Below, in pieces: positions 37,262 to 45,815 of a stretch of DNA of 64,000 nt. Source of the DNA: Alphaproteobacteria bacterium. GTDB taxonomy: Bacteria; Pseudomonadota; Alphaproteobacteria; JAJFIK01. The first letter of the stretch is position 1; each line of letters opens with the position of its first letter. The translations under genes and the position numbers were made by a program. The notes under the pieces are model-generated. The model saw nothing but the letters and a program-made list of their open reading frames with translations. It made no database searches and was not told the origin of the DNA. Where the stretch lies: contig JAJFIL010000306.1 of NCBI GenBank assembly GCA_021774965.1, positions 10,741 to 74,740 on the forward strand. Direction: 5' to 3'.

Positions 37262-37633
37262 ATGGATCAGTTGTCAGAAATGAGTATGGAAAGTATGGCG
37301 GAAAATGCCGGTCAGGCATCGACCCTTCTTCGCTCCATGGCAAATCAGACGCGACTGATGATTCTCTGCCAGTTGGTGGATGGTGAAAAATCAGTTCGGC
37401 AATTGCATGAGACGATCCCGCTTAGCCAATCCGCTCTCTCTCAGCACTTGGCGATTTTGCGCCGGGAACGTCTGGTCTCAACCTCGCGCGTTGCCCAGTC
37501 TGTTTTCTATTCCCTCGCCAGCACAGATGTGGAAGCGGTGCTCTCGACGCTCTATGGGATTTATTGCGTAGCTCCGAATTTAGAGCCCGATGGGGAAGCA
37601 AAAGACGCCCCGACAGATACGCCTTCTGAATAA
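37262..37633 (+). CDS. ArsR/SmtB-family regulator with a conserved Cys pair (sHdrR/SoxR-like)
   Basis: 123 aa. Motifs RLMILCQLVDGEKSV, QSALSQHLAILRRERLV (wHTH) and LYGIYCV. Confidence 0.85.
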   Translation: MDQLSEMSMESMAENAGQASTLLRSMANQTRLMILCQLVDGEKSVRQLHETIPLSQSALSQHLAILRRERLVSTSRVAQSVFYSLASTDVEAVLSTLYGIYCVAPNLEPDGEAKDAPTDTPSE

Positions 37634-37651
37634 TTCTGAAGGCTCTTGCGC

Positions 37652-37948
37652 TTATCGGCAGCAGTAGATCCCGTGCAGAACTTCAATAACCCGCTGGGCT
37701 TCATCGCCTTTGAGTGAATAATAGATCGTCTGTCCGTCGCGGCGCGTTTTCACCAGCCCATCTTTCCTCAAGATCGCCAATTGCTGTGAAGCATTGGTCT
37801 GACTGACGTTCAGAAGCTGACGCAAGGCGCTGACGCTTTTTTCTCCATCCACAAGCTGACACAGCAACATAAGGCGCTTTTCATTGGCCAGCGCCCCCAT
37901 CAGATCAGCCGCGTCCTTGGCTGAATTTTTGAGATTTGTTACATTCAT
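37652..37948 (-). CDS. Second ArsR/SmtB-family regulator, paralogue of the first
   Basis: 98 aa from MNVTNLK. Motifs RLMLLCQLVDGEKSV, QTNASQQLAILRKDGLV and LHGIYCC. It is convergent with the first regulator and divergent from the RND operon. Confidence 0.85.
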   Translation of the reverse strand: MNVTNLKNSAKDAADLMGALANEKRLMLLCQLVDGEKSVSALRQLLNVSQTNASQQLAILRKDGLVKTRRDGQTIYYSLKGDEAQRVIEVLHGIYCCR

Positions 37949-38053
37949 ACTTGCGTATATACAAAGTATCGCATATACAGTCAAGAACTGAATTCTGGCA
38001 AACTTTATCCGTGCCGAATCAGGCTCTCTTTGGTGCGCAAAAAGGATAGCGGC

Positions 38054-39070
38054 ATGTTCAAGACACATTGGTTTCTAGCTGGCTTCGCGGCTTTGGCCTT
38101 CAGCCTCAGCGCGAGCGTAGGTCACGCCCAGAACGAGAGCGCCGTAACCCTGGAAATCCAGGTGGAGACGATTTCGGACTTCAAGGCAGTTTACGCCACG
38201 GTGCAGAGCCAGGATGTGATCGCCGCGCGGGCACGCATCGGCGGAACCATCGCCACTTTGAACGTGGATGACGGCGACAATGTCGAAGGGGGCTCAACCC
38301 TTGCCGTGGTCATTGATGACCGACTGGCTCCCCAAGTGCGCGCGCTGGATGCTCAAGTTGCCGCAACGACCGCAGAGCTGCGCCAGGCGCAATCTGATCT
38401 GGATCGCGCGCGGCAGCTATTTGACCGAGGCGTCATTGCTCAGGCCCGCCTTGATGAAGCAAGCACCCACGTGGACATTGTCACCGGTCAGCTGAACGTG
38501 GTGCGACAGGAACGCAGTGTTCTTATTCAACAGCAACAAGAAGGCGAAGTATTGGCCCCCATGACCGGCGTGGTTCTCAACGTCATGGTCACGGAAGGCA
38601 CAGTCGTCTTTGCCGGTGAGCCCATCGCCAATGTGGCGTCAGAGAATTATGTGCTGCGTCTTCGCCTGCCCGAACGCCACGCGCGCTTCATGGCGGAAGG
38701 CGAAGCGGTGCGGATCGATCAATCCGCTTTGAGTGAAACAACGTCCGATATGATCTCGGAAACCGGCATCATCAGCCAGATCTATCCTGAGATTATCGAT
38801 GGCCGGGTCGTGGCCGATGCGGAAGTTGAAGGCCTGGGAGAATTCCTTGTGGGCGAGCGGGTCCGCGTCTGGGTATCTGCTGGTCAGCGCCAAGCGATCC
38901 TGGTGCCCGGCGATTACATCCACACACGCTATGGCGTTGATTTTGTAACCCTCCTCTCCGGCGATGGAGGTCATCACGAGATGATCGTGCAACGGGGGCG
39001 CGGGGGCGATGAAGGGCGCGTTGAAATTCTTGGCGGTCTTGTCGCCGGTGACGTGATTGTAGCGCCATGA
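38054..39070 (+). CDS. Efflux RND periplasmic adaptor (MFP/HlyD family)
   Basis: Signal peptide MFKTHWFLAGFAALAFSLSASVGHA, a coiled-coil hairpin region, and beta-barrel-like C-terminal domains. Confidence 0.85.
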   Translation: MFKTHWFLAGFAALAFSLSASVGHAQNESAVTLEIQVETISDFKAVYATVQSQDVIAARARIGGTIATLNVDDGDNVEGGSTLAVVIDDRLAPQVRALDAQVAATTAELRQAQSDLDRARQLFDRGVIAQARLDEASTHVDIVTGQLNVVRQERSVLIQQQQEGEVLAPMTGVVLNVMVTEGTVVFAGEPIANVASENYVLRLRLPERHARFMAEGEAVRIDQSALSETTSDMISETGIISQIYPEIIDGRVVADAEVEGLGEFLVGERVRVWVSAGQRQAILVPGDYIHTRYGVDFVTLLSGDGGHHEMIVQRGRGGDEGRVEILGGLVAGDVIVAP

Positions 39071-42000
39071 AGAGCGACATGAAAAAGGGCCTCTCCGGCT
39101 TTCTCACCGAGCGCTTTATTGCCTCAAAGCTCACGCCGCTCATCCTGATCGCATCGTTCGCGCTTGGGCTCTTGGCTCTGTTCACGATCCCGCGGGAAGA
39201 AGAGCCGCAGATCACGGTGCCCATGGTGGATATCTTTGTTCGCGCTGATGGGCTGAGCGCGGCGGATGCGGTCGAGCTGGTCACCGAACCCCTTGAAGCG
39301 ATCATCAAAAGTATCAATGAAGTCGAACACGTCTATAGTCAGACCCAAGATGATCAGGTGGCCATCACCGCGCGCTTCTTTGTGGGCACGGATGCTGACG
39401 ATGCCATTTTGCGTGTGCATGAGGAAATCCGCGCCAATATAGGCCATATCCCCCACGGTATTCCCGAACCCCTGGTCGTGGGGCGCGGTATCAATGATGT
39501 AGCGATTGTGGTGGCAACCCTTAGCCCGGCACCGGAGGCTTCTGATCGTTGGACAGGCACGGCGCTTTATGATGTGGCCGAAGAATTGCGCGTGGAGCTA
39601 TCCACTCTGGAAGAGGTGGGGCTGACATATCTTGTGGGCGGCCAGCCCAGTCAGATCCGCATCGAGCCTGATCCAGAACGGCTTTCCATGTATGGGGTTA
39701 CGCTGCAGCAATTGGCGCGCAAGATTTATGACGCCAATCGATCCTTTGTGACCGGTCAGGTGCGTGAGCTTAACCGCACCCTTCCCGTGGTTGCGGGGCA
39801 GACCCTGGAAGGCATTCCCGACATTGGCTTGTTGCTTGTCACCACCCGCGAAGGTCGCCCGGTCTATGTCCGGGACGTGGCCGATGTTGTTGTGGGCGGG
39901 GCTCCCGCCGATACCGGCGTGTGGCATCTCGCGCGCCAGGAGGAAGAGACAAGCTGGTCCCGCACCCCTGCCATATCGGTTGCCATTGCAAAACGCGAAG
40001 GGGCAAATGCGGTCCTCGTGGCTGAACGCACCATCGAGCGTCTGGAACACCTGCACGGAACGCTGATCCCTCATGACATTGAGATCAACATCACCCGCGA
40101 TTACGGCGAGACAGCGAATGAGAAAGCCAACGAGCTTTTGTTTCACCTGGGCCTGGCGACGCTCTCTATCGTTCTGCTGGTAACTTTCGCTGTGGGTTGG
40201 CGCGAAGGTATTGTCGTTCTTGTTGTTGTGCCGGTCACAATTTTGCTGACGCTTTTTGCCTCCAACCTCATGGGCTACACGATCAACCGAGTCAGCCTGT
40301 TCGCGCTCATCTTTTCCATCGGGATCCTGGTGGATGATGCCATCGTGATGATCGAAAACATCGCCCGCCACTGGGCGATGGCCGATGACCGACCGCGGAT
40401 GAAAGCCGCCATTGATGCGGTGGCGGAGGTGGGCAACCCGACTATCCTTGCCACGCTGACGGTGGTGGCAGCCCTGTTGCCCATGCTTTTTGTCTCCGGT
40501 CTCATGGGCCCTTACATGGCACCCATCCCGGTGAACGCCTCAGCCGCCATGATCTTTTCCTTCTTTGTGGCTGTTATCATTGCCCCGTGGCTCATGCTGA
40601 AGCTGGGTGGTGCGGGAGGATCATCAGCGGGCGGCCATCATGAATCTGAAGCGGGCGGCGTGTTCGGGAAATTATATCGCCGAGTCGCCAGCCCCATTAT
40701 CGCGTCGAAGAAATCTGCCTGGATATTTCTCCTCTCGGTCGGCGTTGCCACCCTTGCCTCCATGGCGCTGGTGGGAATTGGCGCTGTGTCAGTAAAGCTT
40801 TTGCCCTTTGACAATAAGTCTGAAATCCAGGTGGTGGTGGACCTGCCCGAAGGCTCAAGCCTGGAGGGAACCGAACGCGTGCTCGCCAATGCGGCGACAC
40901 TCTTGCTGGAAGTGCCGGAGATTGTTTCCATACAGAGTTATGCCGGAACTGCGGCGCCCTTTAACTTCAACGGTCTTGTGCGGCACTATTATGTGCGGAT
41001 CTCCCCGGAGCTTGGCGATTTGCAAGTCAACCTTACACCAAAGGGAGACAGAAGCCGTACTTCGCACACCATCGCCCTTGAAATTCGCGAACTGCTGGCA
41101 TCATTGGAGACGCCGGAAGGAACTGCCGTGGCAGTGGTCGAGGTGCCGCCGGGACCACCGGTTCTGGCAACGCTTCTTGCGGAGATTTATGGTCCGGATG
41201 CGGAAACCCGCCTTAGCGTGGCTCGCCAGGTGCGAGAGATCTTTGAGGAAACGCCCTTTATTGTTGATGTGAATGACAGCATGGGCGCGCCTGCCCCGCG
41301 CCTTCACCTGGAGATCGATCAGGACAGTCTTGAGTTCTTCGGGGTGGAGCAGGCGGATGTCTATGACACGCTGGAGCTTTTGCTCAATGGTATGACGGTT
41401 GGCTATTCCCATCGGGGCGGTGGTCGTAATCCTGTTGAGATTGCAGTTGAATTGCCCAATAGCGATCTAAGCTGGGGAGAGCGTCTTGCCTCAACCCCCA
41501 TCCCGGCCAACGCGCTGCCGGGGGATCGCCGGATTGCCGAGCTTGGTGATGTTCTTCAGGCCAGCACTCAGGAAGGCAGCTTGAATATTTATCGCCGCAA
41601 CGGGCGTTATGTGAACATGGTCATGGCCGAACTTGCGGGCCGTTATGAGGCTCCCATCTACGGCATGCTGGAAGTTCAAAACAGGATTGCGGAAATGGAA
41701 TGGCCCGAAGGTCATCGCCCCGAAATCCTCATGCATGGTCAACCGGACGATGAAAGCCACCCTTCTTTGCTGTGGGATGGGGAATGGGAAGTCACTTATG
41801 TGACCTTCCGCGATATGGGCGCTGCCTTCATGGTGGCCTTGCTGGGGATTTATTTTCTGGTGGTGGTCCAGTTTGGATCGTTCAAACTGCCATTGGTTAT
41901 TCTCACACCGGTACCTTTGACGCTAATCGGCATTATGATTGGTCACTGGATCTTTGGCGCGGCGTTCACCGCCACCTCCATGATCGGATTTATCGCGCTG

Positions 42001-42276
42001 GCCGGGATTATCGTTCGAAACTCCATCCTGCTGGTGGATTTCATTCGCTCGCGGCAAGGCTCGGACGCGTCGTTGCAAGAAGTATTGCTCGAAGCAGGCT
42101 CGATTCGGTTCAAGCCCATTTTCCTCACCGCCATTGCGGCCATGATCGGGGCCGGGGTGATCCTGTTCGACCCAATTTTCCAGGGCCTGGCGATCTCTCT
42201 GCTCTTTGGATTGGCCAGTTCCACTTTGCTGACGGTACTGGTGATCCCTGCCATTTATCGGGTGTTTCGGACTTAA
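39067..42276 (+). CDS. Efflux RND permease (AcrB/AcrD/AcrF family)
   Basis: 1069 aa with 12-TM architecture and two large periplasmic loops. The start overlaps the adaptor stop. Confidence 0.92.
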   Translation: MKSDMKKGLSGFLTERFIASKLTPLILIASFALGLLALFTIPREEEPQITVPMVDIFVRADGLSAADAVELVTEPLEAIIKSINEVEHVYSQTQDDQVAITARFFVGTDADDAILRVHEEIRANIGHIPHGIPEPLVVGRGINDVAIVVATLSPAPEASDRWTGTALYDVAEELRVELSTLEEVGLTYLVGGQPSQIRIEPDPERLSMYGVTLQQLARKIYDANRSFVTGQVRELNRTLPVVAGQTLEGIPDIGLLLVTTREGRPVYVRDVADVVVGGAPADTGVWHLARQEEETSWSRTPAISVAIAKREGANAVLVAERTIERLEHLHGTLIPHDIEINITRDYGETANEKANELLFHLGLATLSIVLLVTFAVGWREGIVVLVVVPVTILLTLFASNLMGYTINRVSLFALIFSIGILVDDAIVMIENIARHWAMADDRPRMKAAIDAVAEVGNPTILATLTVVAALLPMLFVSGLMGPYMAPIPVNASAAMIFSFFVAVIIAPWLMLKLGGAGGSSAGGHHESEAGGVFGKLYRRVASPIIASKKSAWIFLLSVGVATLASMALVGIGAVSVKLLPFDNKSEIQVVVDLPEGSSLEGTERVLANAATLLLEVPEIVSIQSYAGTAAPFNFNGLVRHYYVRISPELGDLQVNLTPKGDRSRTSHTIALEIRELLASLETPEGTAVAVVEVPPGPPVLATLLAEIYGPDAETRLSVARQVREIFEETPFIVDVNDSMGAPAPRLHLEIDQDSLEFFGVEQADVYDTLELLLNGMTVGYSHRGGGRNPVEIAVELPNSDLSWGERLASTPIPANALPGDRRIAELGDVLQASTQEGSLNIYRRNGRYVNMVMAELAGRYEAPIYGMLEVQNRIAEMEWPEGHRPEILMHGQPDDESHPSLLWDGEWEVTYVTFRDMGAAFMVALLGIYFLVVVQFGSFKLPLVILTPVPLTLIGIMIGHWIFGAAFTATSMIGFIALAGIIVRNSILLVDFIRSRQGSDASLQEVLLEAGSIRFKPIFLTAIAAMIGAGVILFDPIFQGLAISLLFGLASSTLLTVLVIPAIYRVFRT

Positions 42277-42283
42277 AGGTGAT

Positions 42284-42436
42284 GTGCCTTCGGCATCCCC
42301 CCTCCCTAGCCCTCCCCCTCGCTGGGAGGAGGGGACGAATACCGCGAGATCGTGCTAGGAAACATCTCCCCCTTTAGGAGGGGGGAGGTCCGAACGAAGT
42401 GAGGGGTGGGGGTGGCAGGTTATCGTTGGGGCACAG
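42284..42436 (+). repeat. MITE-like intergenic repeat, copy A
   Basis: About 153 bp. Alignable end to end with 50271-50422. Shared perfect blocks are tccccctcgctggg, gggaggtccga, gaggggtgggggtggcagg and atcgttggg. Its termini gtgcc...ggcac are inverted. Confidence 0.8.
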
Positions 42437-42585
42437 ACGAAATTCCAACCTCAATCCTCAAAATCTATAGCTAAGCCAAAGGGAACGATTTCCCTTGGCT
42501 TGACGGGCAGGGGACCGGCGATCTATTCCCCTCTTCGGTGACCGGAGAGGTCAGCAAAGAAATCACGAGATTTGAGGATGACGCC

Positions 42586-43383
42586 ATGGCCGACACCGCT
42601 TCGTTTGTTGAAGCCGCGATCAATGCGAACCGCGACAATTTTATTTCGAAGACCAGCGCATGGGCCAAAGCAGATCCGCTTTTTATCGTTCAGCAATATG
42701 ACGGTGCCACGGCTGTCTTCAGCGGCAGTTCGACGGATACGTTCAATATTCTGGCTCTTGCCCGCGACGCAAAACGTTCAGCATTCGACATTATCGACGA
42801 GGCAAGAAATACGCTTTTTGGCGATAATCACTTTGCGGTCTGGAGTTGGCAGGATGGTCAACTTCAGGACCTGCCTGTCGACAAAAGTGCGATCGAAGAA
42901 AATCTGATCATGGCCTGCGACGCAGCTGGGCTCACCAAAATTCCAGAGACGCGCAAGCCACTGGATACAACGGTCGCGGGCGATCCGCTGCATCTGATGG
43001 ATGTCGGCGCCGTCATTGCTGCCATCTTTGGGGCAGGCGAAGAGGGCTTTATGATCCAATCGGTTTTTGCTGGTCAGGATGAAGGCAGCATCGAGAGATT
43101 GCCCAGTCAATATCTTCTGGCTTACGAAGGTGGCAAGGCCGTTGCGACGGGAAGCTACATTCTGGAAGGTGGCCATGCGGGCATCTACGACATCGCGGTA
43201 CTGCCGGATCAGCAGAAAAAAGGCCTTGGCAGCCGTATGGTCGATGCTGTTCTCAAAGCCGCCATCAGTGACGGTGCGCGTTCCTTCACCCTGCAGGCGA
43301 GCGTCGATGGTGCCGGTATTTATGAGCGCGCAGGTTTCTCGGCGCTTGGTGCCTGCTGGTGTTTGGATATGAGTGCCTCATAA
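42586..43383 (+). CDS. GNAT-family N-acetyltransferase with an unassigned N-terminal domain
   Basis: The C-terminal acetyl-CoA motif QQKKGLGSRM lies in IAVLPDQQKKGLGSRMVDAVL. GAGGA RBS lies before ATG 42586. Confidence 0.7.
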   Translation: MADTASFVEAAINANRDNFISKTSAWAKADPLFIVQQYDGATAVFSGSSTDTFNILALARDAKRSAFDIIDEARNTLFGDNHFAVWSWQDGQLQDLPVDKSAIEENLIMACDAAGLTKIPETRKPLDTTVAGDPLHLMDVGAVIAAIFGAGEEGFMIQSVFAGQDEGSIERLPSQYLLAYEGGKAVATGSYILEGGHAGIYDIAVLPDQQKKGLGSRMVDAVLKAAISDGARSFTLQASVDGAGIYERAGFSALGACWCLDMSAS

Positions 43384-43403
43384 GCAGCGTTGGAAGGCGG
43401 CAT

Positions 43404-44570
43404 CTATTCCACCAAGGGTAACGTCATCTCTTCCAGGCTTGAAGGGCAAGGGGTCAGCGACCTGTTGCCATCGGCTGTCACCAACACCGTATCGGAATGA
43501 CGGAAGCCGCCGACGCCTGGCAGATAGACGCCAGGCTCGATGGTATAGAACATGCCCGGCTCGATGATGCGGTCATAGCCTTCGGCCAGAAAGGGTCCTT
43601 CGTGCCCGGTCACGCCGATGCTGTGGCCGGTTCGGTGGAGAAGGTTATCCCCGTAGCCTGCCTTCTTGAACACCTCATTGACCTGGCGATCCACTTCGCC
43701 CATGTCGTTTCCGGGTACGGATAATTCAAATGCCTTGGCGCGGGCTTCCATCATGGTTTGATACGGCTTTTTCGCAGCCTCAGGTACATGGCCAAGAAAG
43801 AAAGTGCGCTCCACTTCTGTGCCGTATCCGTTCATGATGCCGTTGATGATACTCACATGGGGTCCGCCTTCCTCCATCACCATGTTGATGTTGGTGAAGT
43901 TGTGCGGGTCGTGAGAGATGCCTGGCGGCTGGAACACCACGCTCACATCGGTCGACATGATGTTGGTTTCCGGGTAATCGGTCAGGATCTGGATCATCAT
44001 CATCGCTTTGACCTGCGAGTTGACCTCCATCAGGCTTTGGCCCGGCTTTGCGCCTGCCAACAGCTGGCTCATGCCTTTGGTGGCAAGGTCGCTGGCATAG
44101 ATTATGCGGCTGATCTCATAGTCGGATTTGACCATGCGCATATCGTCGATGATGTCATCGCGCACGCGGGTGCCGGGAACCTCTTCATAGACCTGCAGCG
44201 GGCAGGTGGATTCCACACCAACCATGGCATCGGCTGGAAACAATTCCTCGAACCGATCAGCCCAGGTTTCTCCTTCCGGTGCAGGAAATTCAAAATAGGA
44301 GACAAGTTCAATGTTGCCGATGGACCTTGTCGTCACATGAGGGATCTCAAGCTGCGGTACGACGAATTGAAGCCTTCCAGACCTTGGCACTACCAATACA
44401 AAGGGCCGTTCGTGCACATAATTGGCAAAGTTCGTAAGGTAGAAGACATTGTCCGCACACACCGCAACGTAATAGTCCAGCCCTTGCGCTTCCATTGCCG
44501 CTTGCACCCGGGCAAGACGGCTTTGCATTTCTGAGGTCTCCGGCGGGGTGAAGATTGGTTTTAAGTCCAT
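43404..44570 (-). CDS. M24-family metallopeptidase (Xaa-Pro peptidase / creatinase-like)
   Basis: 388 aa. Creatinase-like N-domain plus a pita-bread C-domain with HRTGHSIG and EPG motifs. Confidence 0.85.
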   Translation of the reverse strand: MDLKPIFTPPETSEMQSRLARVQAAMEAQGLDYYVAVCADNVFYLTNFANYVHERPFVLVVPRSGRLQFVVPQLEIPHVTTRSIGNIELVSYFEFPAPEGETWADRFEELFPADAMVGVESTCPLQVYEEVPGTRVRDDIIDDMRMVKSDYEISRIIYASDLATKGMSQLLAGAKPGQSLMEVNSQVKAMMMIQILTDYPETNIMSTDVSVVFQPPGISHDPHNFTNINMVMEEGGPHVSIINGIMNGYGTEVERTFFLGHVPEAAKKPYQTMMEARAKAFELSVPGNDMGEVDRQVNEVFKKAGYGDNLLHRTGHSIGVTGHEGPFLAEGYDRIIEPGMFYTIEPGVYLPGVGGFRHSDTVLVTADGNRSLTPCPSSLEEMTLPLVE

Positions 44571-44579
44571 TGCTCTCTC

Positions 44580-44912
44580 CTACTGGCTGTGGCCTGTGCC
44601 GTATCCTGCATCAATCACGTCAAATAGTTTTCCTGGCTCGAAATCGACCAGCACATCCATGAGCCGTTCCACCGTACCGGCAGGCGCTTCGCTGGGGCCT
44701 TTTTCTTGCCAGGCCGCATAGGCCGCGGCATCCGCCCATTCTCCGATGACATAATATTCTGATGGATCGCTGGCGCATTTCACCAGCTCGGCCTTGATAT
44801 ATCCTACAAGCTCGACCGGGCGGGTCAGATTGCCGCCTGCTTTGAACGCGCTTTCAAACTCCTGTTCGCGGCCTTGCTTGACCTTAAAGCGGATGATGCT
44901 GCGAACCGACAT
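44580..44912 (-). CDS. Antibiotic-biosynthesis-monooxygenase (ABM)-like small protein
   Basis: 110 aa. The ferredoxin-like beta-alpha-beta pattern (IIRFKVKQGREQEFESAF ... YYVIGEWADAAAYAAW) fits the family. Confidence 0.6.
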   Translation of the reverse strand: MSVRSIIRFKVKQGREQEFESAFKAGGNLTRPVELVGYIKAELVKCASDPSEYYVIGEWADAAAYAAWQEKGPSEAPAGTVERLMDVLVDFEPGKLFDVIDAGYGTGHSQ

Positions 44913-44913
44913 A

Positions 44914-45786
44914 TCAGGTGGCTATACGATTGGCCCAGGCAACAAAATCATCAACGACTTCTGCCCGGTTGGTCTCATTAAAGACTTCATGGCGGGCGTC
45001 TTTATAAAGGCGGAGCTCAACATCCGTAATGCCCGCATCCTTGTATCTCTCGGATACAACCTTCACTAATTCGCCATTAAATCCGACAGGGTCCTGGTCT
45101 CCGGCAAAAAGATAGATCGGCAGGTCTTTGCGAATTTTTGCAATGGCCTCGGGGGCGGCGAAAACCTCACCGGAGGCAGCAAGAGTTCCCAAGGAAGCCT
45201 CGGTAACTGTGAACCCGCACAGGGGGTCAGCCACGTAAAGGTCTACTTGTTCGTCGTCGCGCGAGAGCCAGTCTGCTTCTGTGCGGGTAGGTTCGAAGGC
45301 TGCATTCATCGAAGCAAAAATGTCCGTACCCGGATCGGAAATGGCCGCAGCCAGGCCGTCTACGGCAGAGGTGCCGCTAAGGGCTGCCCCATCGATAAGC
45401 TCGCTGGCCTTTGTGATGAGGTGCTGTGCCACGAACGATCCCATGGAATGTCCAAGGAACAGAAGCGGCAGGCCCGGGTATTCGCTGCGTAGTTGTTTGA
45501 TGAGGTCAATCTGATCGGCTACAAGACCATCCCAGCCCGCCTCGCCATAATCGCCCAATTGTTCTGCAGAGGATACGGCCTGACCATGGCCCCGTTGATC
45601 GGGAGCGAAGACAGCAAACCCTTCTTCCACCATGCGCACGGCCAATGGAGCATAGCGCAAAGCGTGTTCTCCCATGCCATGGGCAATGACAAGCACGGCG
45701 CGAGGGGCTGCGTCGCCTTTCCAGCAATGAACCACAGGGGTTTGGTCTTTGCGCGGGGTCTCTAAATCAAAGTGGCTATAGGTCAT
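44914..45786 (-). CDS. Alpha/beta hydrolase (lysophospholipase / monoacylglycerol lipase-like)
   Basis: Nucleophile elbow GHSMGS and HG oxyanion motif (VIAHGMGEH). I chose the start at MTYSHF to avoid overlap with the upstream gene. Confidence 0.8.
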   Translation of the reverse strand: MTYSHFDLETPRKDQTPVVHCWKGDAAPRAVLVIAHGMGEHALRYAPLAVRMVEEGFAVFAPDQRGHGQAVSSAEQLGDYGEAGWDGLVADQIDLIKQLRSEYPGLPLLFLGHSMGSFVAQHLITKASELIDGAALSGTSAVDGLAAAISDPGTDIFASMNAAFEPTRTEADWLSRDDEQVDLYVADPLCGFTVTEASLGTLAASGEVFAAPEAIAKIRKDLPIYLFAGDQDPVGFNGELVKVVSERYKDAGITDVELRLYKDARHEVFNETNRAEVVDDFVAWANRIAT

Positions 45787-45815
45787 GATCAAATGGATCC
45801 TTGTTCTTATTGTTT

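Noticed and set aside
41772-42377. 201-aa alternative-frame ORF running out of the RND gene into repeat copy A, and the analogous small ORFs 50211-50470 over copy B
   Set aside because: They exist only because the G/C-block repeat lacks stops. The peptides are low-complexity (PLAGRRGR..., GGGV...), and the two copies are not conserved at the protein level in one frame.
42471-42668. 65-aa minus-strand ORF and the imperfect hairpin AGCCAAAGGGAA-CGA-TTTCCCTTGGCT (about 42474-42500)
   Set aside because: The ORF overlaps the GNAT upstream region and 5' end and has no RBS or motif. The hairpin has a mismatch and no U-tract, so I did not call a terminator.
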